From: the human T2T-CHM13v2.0 reference genome, Homo sapiens
Assembly: GCF_009914755.1 (NCBI RefSeq)
Contig: NC_060930.1
DNA length: 64,000 bases
Direction: 5' to 3' (one strand)
Shown here piece by piece: positions 28,739 to 41,066 of the stretch (positions are counted from its first letter, which is position 1; each line of letters begins with the position of its first letter). Below the pieces are notes generated by a model. The model was not told the origin of the DNA and ran no database searches. It saw only the letters and a list, made by a program, of their open reading frames with translations. Both the position numbers and the translations under genes were made by a program.

Positions 28739-30332
28739 GTATTTGTCAAAATTATGATCTCAACGTTATGAATTTTTTGTTCTGTTTTAATATATACAGA
28801 TATTGTGGCATAGCACATTAGAGAGTAAAAGTATTTATCACTCAAAAATGAGCTGCTCTCAAGCAACAACTGTTAACATATTGTAATAGAAATGTAACTC
28901 TAGGAAATATTTGGCTAATATTATATTGTTATAATTATCCAATTTCTTTTACAAAATCAGAATTTATGCTTAGACAGCTTTAAAGGTACAGCTTGTTGAC
29001 TTAGATATTGACCTAAATTATAGAAGGGAGTCTGCATAAGGAGTTTTCAAATATTTTATTTATTGTGGGTCACAATATTTGAGGTATGAAGTAATCATAA
29101 AAATTATGTTATTTATATAATTTAAAACATTGTGGATACATGCCATTTGAAAGTTAATTGCAGAGTTTCTATGAGAACTTCAATAATAATGTTTCTGTTA
29201 TATACTTCTTTTCATAAAATCTCTTTCTAGAAAATGTCTATAGAATACAAATTATTGAGATGGGTTCTTATGGGGATATGTGCTTAGATTTAATTCTGCA
29301 TTTGTGAACTAATATTTCACGGAAATAATTACTATAAGTCTACATTATGAATCTGTTGCTCTGCATGCCCACAGACTTTCTTCTTGAAGTAACCATATAC
29401 CTGTACAATTAGCCTGATTATAAGCTCAGGATCTGATTTAAGGTTTTATAATACCCACCTTGTTGAATATTCTCTTCTGGCTTTTTAAAATGGAGAAACT
29501 TTCAGTGAGGAGAAGGGTCATGATAGTGGTGCTAAATAATTTTTCGCCATGGAGTCAAGGACACAAAGTAGAACTTCTTAACCTACCTAATTGCCATCCT
29601 ACTGTGGAAAGTAGCGTTGTGACCTTCAAGAATGGAGTCACAATAGGTACTAGGATGAAGAGCTGCTCTGAGGAATAGGATTCCAGACATCTCAGCTTGA
29701 GTTGAATGAGGGCTATTTTATCAACATTCATTTGGGCCACCATGAATTTAGGTGAGGAGGGAAAACACAGGGCTACTTGACCAGGGCAGTCAATATAGTG
29801 AAATTAATTTGGATATAGATAAAGTATTAATTGTAAAATAAAAATTCTAATCAATTATATTGTTAGTTGGTTAATAAGAAACATAATATGGTATTGCATT
29901 TTCAGTGGCTATAAAAGCCAAGAAAACTATCACGCTTTAATTTGTTATAAAGTTATAAAAATGTTCAGAATTCCCATTAGTATCAGGCCAAATTTATAGT
30001 ATTAAAAAAATACTCAGTTGTCTATAATTGGAAACAGAGTCCTATATCTTATTTGAGGAATATTTAATTTTGTTTTGTTTTAATATTCTATAAAATCATT
30101 TTGAAATACAATGGCAAATCAGCAACAGCTAGGACTTCAACCATAATATTTGTACTTTATTGTTTAAATTTTTTAAATGCTTTTATGTTTATTTTTGTTT
30201 AACCTCTCAAGCAAATATGCTAGTGCAGACAATCTGGTTTCTTCCCTTTTCATGTTTTCATTGGCATACCATTGGCATAACCCATGTCTCATAATTTATC
30301 TGTTTCACTCACCACCCATCCTGTCTGTGCAG

Positions 30333-30395
30333 TGAGCTTCTTATGCTGCCCAGAGCAAAACGAGGACGAAGTGCAGAATGCCTACATACTACCAG
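30333..30395 (+). CDS. RIMS1: RIMS1 exon, 63 nt (SELLMLPRAKRGRSAECLHTT)
   Basis: ctgtgcag|T ... CAG|gtaaat; phase 2-2. Confidence 0.94.
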
Positions 30396-32949
30396 GTAAA
30401 TACAGGGATTTGGTAATGGTGACTGTGTGTGATGACTCTCTTTCCATTCTATTATTCTTCCGTCTCTCCCTTAGTGGTATTATTACAAGCAAGTCAAATA
30501 AATTTCCCAAGTATTTGAAATTTGTTTTGTTTTATATTGAGGTTATGGAAAAGGTTCCAAATATATTTCAGTTCCGATTCAGGCTGACTGCTTTGCCATC
30601 TGTAGATTCAAAAATCCAGAGACTAGTGGGCCTCTCTGGGACTGTTTGCGTTCCTAAAACTGAGGAACCAGTTTCTGCAATTAAAATTCTAAATGCTCAC
30701 TGTGAGTGCCCCCAACTTTCCCACACATATTCCTGTCTAGTCACAAGAGGTCTAATCTGTGTATGGCAGTGTCATTGTTTCATAATTGTAAGTTTGCTCT
30801 GTTTTAGCCTTTTTTAATTTCCTTTTAGAATTTATTGTTGTTTATATTCTGTTTGCTTTTGATAAAATCTTTAACAGTTCACTTTTAATGGCTGAGCTTC
30901 AGCTTCTTTCTTGATGAAAAGTGAAGATATTCAACCTGATCTTAACTATCCTAGCCCACCAGTTGTCAGAAATGCTGCAGTACAAACTTTCCCACAAAGG
31001 CATATAACAGTATGAATGCCTCTTTAGAAGCGACAAAAGATATAATTTTTGCTTCTAAATTGGAGCTTAGAGCCTGATGCTTTATGTTAATCTCATTACA
31101 TCTTTAATTTCATATCCAAGTAAAACTTCTTACAGATTACTCTTGGAACATATTCTATAAATACTTAATGTATATTTGAAATGAATATAGAAGTTAAGGA
31201 AGTAGTAAGTCAGTGAAACAAACTAACACAAAATAATCGAACTCAAATATTTTAGCCAATAAAAAGCAAGAGGAAAGAGAAAGAAAGAGGTATTACCGCA
31301 GTACTTGGGATGCAAAGACAAATGCATGATTTATTATGTCTGTGTGTAATATGTAGTTCTGCCCAATAATGCAAACAAAATTGGGCTAATAAAAATTGTT
31401 TGAACTTTTTACAGTCTGAAGTTATACTACTCATAACTACTGCCATGTTTGCTTGGAGTGCCACAGGAAAAAATCGAGGAAATATTAGTTCTGCTTGCTG
31501 AGAAAAAAATGTAAAATCATGCATATTGTAAAAACCTACTGAAGGTCAAAGCATGAACTATCCAGGTTTATTATTACTTGTTCTTGACAAACAGTTTCTT
31601 AAAATAATGGTTTATTTACTAATTCTGAAAGTTTTCTCACACTCCTCTTGATGTGACTAAAGCTTCAAAAGAAATAAAAAACATGCACACAAAACAAACA
31701 CAAAAAAAATCCTTATATTTTAAGCTACTTAGTGTGTGCCTGGCACTCAGTGTGTGAATATTTCTAGGATACTCACACCAGTGGTCTAAATATAATAACT
31801 AAAAATATTTTTCTTTCCCTTATTTTGTACTTGTAAAATATTATATACTTATATAATATTATATAATAGTTGCATCATTTTATATAATCTTATACTTAAG
31901 ATTGGTGCTTTGCTAATAATTCTGAGCTCCACAAGTCCTATTTAATAGTCTCTGTATGTTGACTTTGCATTTCCTGATTTAAGCAAATAATCATATTTGT
32001 ATGTATACAATTTAAAAATAAATGAGTATTCAGCGAGGCAGATAACATCCTGTGGACAGGTACTACGACAATAAGATAGGGAGTGGAAGGAAGCTGAGCT
32101 AGCCAAATGTGTCAGTGCGAAACATATGTCACCAGTGTCTTTTCTCCTTCCTGTCTTTCATTCTCTAATGTGTAATGCTAAAAGTATGGAGATAGAGACA
32201 ACATGAGTTCAAAAATACGTGCATGTATGTATATATAATCTCTTCTGTGTTTATATTCATGTATTTATAAAAACATTAATTTATATCTGTATAAAAATGA
32301 ATGTCAAAATGTGTACATATAAATAACCACAACTTTATATGGATATATCAATAATATAGTTTGGTTTCATATAAACTATGGACACTTATTATTTCTATAA
32401 CTATCCATGGCTAAAATCTAAAGCTTTCAAAATACATCATACCATGTTCACTTAGGACTTATAAAAATAAAATCTGAGGATTTACTGGTCTCTAGTAAAC
32501 ATAAGGAAAATAACATTTATTTAATAACAAGCACAGTGTTAAATATTTAATGTACTTTGTCAATTTCCTGACAATAATTATATGTTATGAATATTATTAT
32601 CCTGATTTTAGAGATGAGGAAAAAAGCTACGAAAGTTTATTTTACGACTAATAGAGTAAGGATTCAAAATCAGATCTATTTGATATCTTCTGTTTAACTA
32701 GTTTTTCCAAAAATATGAAAACTTGTCCTATGAGATGTTTCACCAATAAGAGTTTTTGTGAGTCAAATACATTTTGGAAACTTTGCAACTGAAAGTGTCT
32801 ACCTTGAAATTTAATACACACAGCATATTAAAGTCATGTTCTAAAGAAATCTGTATGTTTAGTTTCTTTTCTCCCAAATTGTTTAATTTCCCAACCTTTT
32901 TTTAGTAAAACGTGTCTCGAGGAAGTGGTAGTATAGAGAAAATGCTATA

Positions 32950-33150
32950 GTTGCCTTACTGTATCCTACTGTGTCCTAAATATTGTGTACATGTTACCAC
33001 ACACCCCTGTTAAGTGGAAGTTATTTCCCACATTTTGTGGATGTAGAAACAGGCTTGGAGACTTAATCGAATTACCCAGGTCACAGCCAATAAGTGGCAA
33101 AGCCAAGGCAGGAACTTGAACATTCAGACTATAAATTTTGTGCTATTTTC
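32950..33150 (-). mobile_element. MIR fragment
   Basis: cccacattttgtggatgtagaaacaggct...cccaggtcacagccaataagtggcaaagcc resembles the MIR core. Confidence 0.65.
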
Positions 33151-33347
33151 TAGCTGTTTCCCATTCTATGTTGATCCCATTCTTGAAAAAAAAATCACTT
33201 TTGAAGCAATGCTTAGAAAAGTTTTATAGCAACCTATTACTAAAGATATTTGCCTGAGGTTAGGAGTTGAAAAGAAGAGTCGACTGTCTAGAAAGGAGGC
33301 TAAATCCTTAGTTTCAGTAAAATTTGTCCTCAACTTGTACTTAATAA

Positions 33348-33638
<291 letters not shown>

Positions 33639-34598
33639 TGGCATTTTAGTTCATTTTTTAATTGAAGTTTTAAGGGATTTCCTTTGATTTGATCATTAAT
33701 ATAAACATGATTAAACCAGTGAGGTGTTTGATGTTTAGGAAGCCTTTGATAAATGTTTATTCCCTTCCCTCTTGATTATGCTTTACTGCTAGCTGAGATA
33801 GATGATGGATTTTCATAATTAGTAATTAAATTTATAGAACATTATTAAATTATCAAAAAAAATATGGCTGGACCTAGTTTGTCCTTCATGGCATAGACAG
33901 TCCAGAAACCCTCACAGATTTTAAAGGAATCAGATGCCGTTGGGCCAATTTTCTGCCAATTCAAAATCCATATTCTGGTTTGCATCTAATGCCTATCTTA
34001 CCCTACTTCCAAAGGAAAATTTCCTGTGGTTGGGTCTGGATCCAGACAGAAGCTGATAAGTAGAAAGAGCTTGCTCCTTTGCAATCACTTCTTGGCCTTT
34101 TTCTGTTTCCTTTTTTTTTGCTGCAGTCTGGTACTATGACCAGCTTTGTCCCTGGAATGCTAGTCAACACTTTGTTTTGTTTTAGAACATTAAAATTCTT
34201 TTAGTCATATTGTAACTCTAAAATTATATAAATTAGTTGATTTTTACTTTTAGCTATGAGTTTACTTTCGTAGAAGTAGGCATAATATTAAATCAGAGAT
34301 TAAGTAGCACATTTACATATTGATCAATGATAATTCATAGAGTTTGGTTAGCAGGTATTTTTCTAATTCAGATAATTAAATAATAATTTTGAGTATTTTA
34401 TGAAGTCAAGTGTCTATGATTTCATATTTTAATAATTGTAGTCTTCCCTTCAAATAGTTATTGTGGTTCTTTTGAGAAAAAAATGACCAAAGATTTATCT
34501 ATATAGCTTTATAGGCCTCCTACTTTCTGAATATCTTAATAAAATTGGTTTCATATATATTTTTCTGTTTCCTGCGTGTTTGTGTTGCTACGTTCCAG

Positions 34599-34676
34599 AC
34601 ATCTTGTTAGGCACTATAAAACATTACCTCCCAAGATGCCTTTATTACAGAGCAGTTCTCACTGGAATATTTACAG
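34599..34676 (+). CDS. RIMS1: RIMS1 cassette exon, 78 nt (RHLVRHYKTLPPKMPLLQSSSHWNIY)
   Basis: gttccag|A ... CAG|gtaaga; phase 2-2; peptide recognised from the longest human isoform. Confidence 0.88.
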
Positions 34677-35013
34677 GTAAGAGCCCTAACAGTGAGTCCC
34701 ACCCAGTTATAAAGTAATTCCTAATCCCTTGCCTACTAAAAATAGAAAATTCACATTCTAATAAAATATTAAATAGGAAATTTACATTCTAATAAAATAT
34801 TCTTTTGAAATAATTATACAGTGAGAGACATTAAATTAATGATATCTAAAATCGTTTTAACTATAAAACTTAGTACTAGAATAATTCTCTGAATGACATC
34901 TACTAACTCAAATGTCAGAATTCTAGTTGCTTTGTCATTTGTATATTGTTGTACTTGTTGATTTTAATTATAATTTATTTTATTTTATTTTTGTGTAATT
35001 TTAATTTGTGGAG

Positions 35014-35127
35014 CTCAATTCTGCCTGCACATACTAAGACCAAATCAGTGACTAGACAGGACATTTCCCTTCATCATGAATGCTTTAACTCAACAGTATT
35101 GAGATTTACTGATGAAATACTGGTTAG
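35014..35127 (+). CDS. RIMS1: RIMS1 cassette exon, 114 nt (SSILPAHTKTKSVTRQDISLHHECFNSTVLRFTDEILV)
   Basis: Rare GAG acceptor ttgtggag|C ... TAG|gtaaga; lies inside ORF 34946..35131. Confidence 0.85.
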
Positions 35128-35583
35128 GTAAGAACATTTGGAAGTGATATCTTCCGTTTCCCTTGTTTATTGTTGTGAACCAAAAAAGTTGAGTTGTAAA
35201 ATTATTTCTCCTCTGATGTCCTTCATTTTGTTTTGGTGTGGCATCTGTTCCTGGTAATGAAATTTTAGGCATTTTGTTTTAGTGCTTTCTGTATCCAGTT
35301 TTTTTCATAAGTAGGTGTGATTTAGTCTCATTTTTCAGTCTGAGACACTTTTAAAAATTATGCAAAGCAATTTAAGCATAATCTTTGTTTAGCTTCATTT
35401 TCTAAACAAAATTTTACACTGTCATTCTGTCAACTCTCTCACACCCTTATGAACTGAATCCCAGTGATTCTACATTTTGTGTAAAGGGGACATTATTTTA
35501 TGCTTTACTCTCTAACATGGTCTTCCTTTCTTTGTTTTCTCTGTCTTTCTCTTCTACCACTGGATGCAATGCACTGGCACTAG

Positions 35584-35673
35584 TGAACTGCAGCCCTTTC
35601 TTGACAGGGCTAGGAGTGCTAGTACCAACTGCTTGAGACCAGATACTAGTTTGCATTCACCAGAACGAGAAAG
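35584..35673 (+). CDS. RIMS1: RIMS1 exon, 90 nt (SELQPFLDRARSASTNCLRPDTSLHSPERE)
   Basis: gcactag|T ... AAG|gtataa; phase 2-2. Confidence 0.93.
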
Positions 35674-36382
35674 GTATAAAATAAAGACTTTCTTAATTTC
35701 TTATCATTTGTACTAGTGATTTTTTTCAGTCACTTTGTTTTGTTTCATGACAGCCTTACAGGTTTATTCATTCATGTATACTTTGCTAACTGTCTACATT
35801 TCCCCTTCCCTTATTATACATGTCTATTTAGAGATATGCGTATGTGGATAAACCCAAGGGTACACATACACATATTTCTATGAATGTTGTTGCAAATGGC
35901 GTGGTGTAATTTGTAACTGCTTCTGGCTGCTGCTTTTCCCCTTTTGTTGCTGTTCAGTCATTTTATTGACTATTCAGGAAACCTTCAGTATGCTGATAAT
36001 GTTATAAGGTCCAGTGAATTATCCGAAGGGGAGGATCACTTTCCTCTTAGTACCACTGATAAATAGTATTTATAGGTTTAACAACAATCTTCTATAAACT
36101 CATAACAGGAAGTATTTTTAAATAGAATACTTCCTTTGTATATCTACATTCATTTTTAATCAATCTACTCTTTGATATAATGTTTTACCTTAAATTATAC
36201 TTTGACAACAAAAAATGATGTTATTCATAAATTTCCTGATGCCTAACAAAAAGAAATACATATATATGTACACAGACAATTTTGCTTAAAACTTTAATTA
36301 ATAAATTCTGATATATTCATTGATGTTGTGTTACACTATCTCCTAGCTGTAAGCATCTAATTTTTCCACTGTGATGGAACTC

Positions 36383-36425
36383 TTTTAATAGACTTAGTTA
36401 TAATTTTAATAGACTTAGTTATAAT
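36383..36425. repeat. 21-bp tandem duplication ttttaatagacttagttataa
   Basis: Read directly. Confidence 0.8.
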
Positions 36426-37651
36426 TGATAGTCTTGTTTATAATGGCTATCTCTTTTTAATTAGAAGTCATTCAGAGGACATTTGCATACTACCTCTTTA
36501 CAAATCCTGAAGAAAAATATTTAGTTGTACTAATGTAACCCGCTCCTCCTTCTTAGTAGGCTACTTAAAGCTTTTCTTTAGGTAACTTTCTAATCTGAGT
36601 CTATTCATTTATTTATGAGATATTTATTTCTGGAATTGAACAATAGGTACACGTGTGTATATACCTTGTTTTAGTGCCTTAAGAATTTACTTTTAAATTG
36701 TGTATTCTTTTACATTTGTAAAATGTGTAATAGAAAAAAGTGAAATTTAATTTCTGTCTTGTATCCCTTTACTTTTGTAATATAAATTTTAGTTGAAAGG
36801 ACTATAGAGTCTCTAAAATCATAATTGGAATTGTTTTATCATTCTCTTTAGTCAAATATAACCCCTTCCCCAAATAATTTCAAGAGTAGCAAGAAAATTT
36901 TAAAATATGTTTAGTTATTATTTTCTTATATGTTTCTGGTTAGTAGTAAAACAAGGATAGAAATTCTCAAGTTAGTGGAATCTTCTGACCATAGCAGCCT
37001 GACATTTTTAATATTACCCATATCAGTGCCATCTGATAGAAACATAATGCAAGCTGATACTTTAATATTTCGTAGTAGCCATACTAAAAGGATTAAGTTA
37101 ATTTTAATTTTTAACCCTGTATATTCAAAATATAATTTTCACATGTCATTATTATACAAACTATTAGATATTTTGCACTCCCTTTTTTACAGCATAATAA
37201 GCCATAGATACTAAAGATAGTTTGTACTTGCACCACTCCCACTTTGGACTAACCACATTACGGTGCTCATTGGCTTCATGTGGTTTGTGGCTCCTGTACT
37301 GGACAGTGCAGGTCTATTCTTATGGTGAGCCTGTCTAGCATATGTTCCCTTGTGACACTGAAGCCACAGAGTTTATAAATCTCCATGTTGGCAAATTTAA
37401 TCTGTCAGATAATACCCTTAAAGCAGGTCAACCAGCAGGCAAATAATCTAGGGACAGTTATTGTACAGATTGTTGTAAAGTCCAAGTGGGTGTATTTACC
37501 TTGAATAAAAGAAGAAAAAATATTGAAAACATATATTCACTCTACATATTGAATAAAAAGGAATTTTTCATTTAAAAACTCAATGAAACAAGTCTTGGTA
37601 TTATCAGTGATCCTAAGTTTATTGGGATCACTTTATTGCCAAGAAGAACAG

Positions 37652-37705
37652 CAATTATTTTATGTAATGTAAAATAAACAATTATTTTATGTAATGTAAA
37701 ATAAA
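37652..37705. repeat. 27-bp tandem duplication caattattttatgtaatgtaaaataaa
   Basis: Read directly. Confidence 0.85.
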
Positions 37706-39701
37706 ACTTAGATAAGGTTTCATCAAGTAATTACAGAAGCTGTAGATGCTTATTGGTTTGGAGGATAGAGACTACAAGTACCCTTTGTGAACACGCCTAT
37801 GAAGCAGCTTTGAAGCAGAAGATAACAATATCAAGAGTGGTGACTTTGTTATCTTTGGAGAGTGCATCTAAAGCCCCTAGACAGTATGCGGAGAGTAGGA
37901 GAAGGGAGGCTTAGAGGGTTTTCGAGGCTACTTAATTTTTCTAATTTACCGCAGGGATTATTGTATTAATGCCTAATATATACATAGTAGATAAAATGTT
38001 AGAGCAAATGTTTTAAAAACTTAATTTTATATTCTTAAGAGATGAACATTATTTCTACAAATTTGTCAACTATGTATGGTCAAACGATTTTGATTAACAT
38101 TTACATGCCTTTATACCAACTTAACTCCTAACCTTTAACACAAGTTTTCTGTTAAGATAAAGGGTGAAATTGTCAAAGCACACTCAGTACTCAATATAAT
38201 ACTTTTCTAATGATTCAGAAGATAAAAGAGCAGCATTCTTTTCCTGAAGGAGTTGAAAACCATCAGATACACCTATCGTTTCTCCCTTGTTACATAGTTT
38301 GGCCTACTTTAACAGATGAGTTTTGAATAATGCATGTAAAAAGCAGTTTGGAAAGGAAACCGTTTTAGTTTAGGAGCACCTCCATTTCATGTTCTGTTGA
38401 TTACACAGATGGAAAACATGCTTATGGGTTACCATAATTCAGTGAATTATTCCAATTCAGTTATGCTTCTTAAATCAATATATTTGAGGTTTATTTGTAA
38501 TAAGAAATAATTTATCATTTATATCTTCCCATTTCCCTTGCTTCCCTGATTGGCAAGGAGTGAGTTACAGGCCTGCTATTAACCTTTGCTTTTCTAGGTT
38601 TTCAAACAAATTGTTACTTACATGTTCAGAAGCAATGATTTTTAGAGCCACTAGAGAAAACTTACTTTTCTTGGATGGTTTACCTTCTTCCTTGGCCTTT
38701 CAGAGCAATCATATCCTTGATGAAGGCTTATGAAAGGGTAGTTTAAACTTACCGCCTGCATTTTTTACCTTCCAGTAATTCCTGTAATCTGTAGCTGTAC
38801 TGAAGTTCTTCTGTGGTTTACATTGGCTCCCTAGTTGTTCAGCAACATCTTGCAACATTTTACATTACCCACCCTGTCACTTGAATCTCTCTTCCATTAA
38901 GTACCTCTACAGATTTTCTTAAACCTCTGTTATGATGTCTGCTTTGAAGGCTTGTCTTACTCCGCTGTCCTATAAAGATAGGTATTTCCCTAGCTCCACC
39001 TCCAGTTTTCTTCTTTTGCCCCACCCATACTGTACTGTTCCTTAAATTTTATTTCTATAAAAGGTTCCCACTCCAATACATATGAAGACAACCCTCCACT
39101 ATGATTGACCAGACCCTGTCAGGCCTAAATTTCTAAATGATGATGTCTAAATCAACTTCATTATCCCCACTTCAGTCCCTTTACAGCAAAATCCTTCCTC
39201 TTTCTAAATTTTTCTCTCATTTTATGGTTTTGACATATAACCAGCCACACAATCTGGAACTACTTCTCTTCCTGCTCCGTCACAAATTCAGTCACAATAA
39301 ATTCAATCAATTCCTTCGGAACAGGTCCCTCACCTTGAATATATTAATAGATAGCCCTTCTCCAGTTCCAGTGACACTCCTGCTCCCATTAATTTTCTTA
39401 AGTTCTAATAGTCTTTATTAACTTATATCTCATTTTCTTCCTATTAAAATTAAAATATTCTTCTTCCTTTGTTGTCTGATTAAAAATTCTGCTCACTGTT
39501 CAAAAATACAGGTTAAATACCATATCTTTGTAAAACCCTTCTTAACCTCCTCCCCTGTCCTCAGTCCCGCCACCAACACACGCACATACTTCCTTTTCTT
39601 TTGCCAGTCAGAATTATTTACTATCTTTTCTGGGCCCACCTAATTTTATATACTTCTATTAAAATACATTGTATTTTATTTAGTACTGTAGTATGTTTGT
39701 G

Positions 39702-39752
39702 TCTTCCACTATATTGTGATATTCTTCCACGATATCACCATATAGTGGAAGA
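39702..39752. repeat. Near-perfect hairpin, 21-bp arms, 9-nt loop
   Basis: tcttccactatattgtgatat / atatcaccatatagtggaaga, 20/21 complementary. Confidence 0.9.
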
Positions 39753-39767
39753 AACACACACACTAGC

Positions 39768-41066
<1,299 letters not shown>

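Noticed and set aside
28621-28821. 66-aa ATG ORF over exon 28613-28738
   Set aside because: Shadow frame of a real RIMS1 exon
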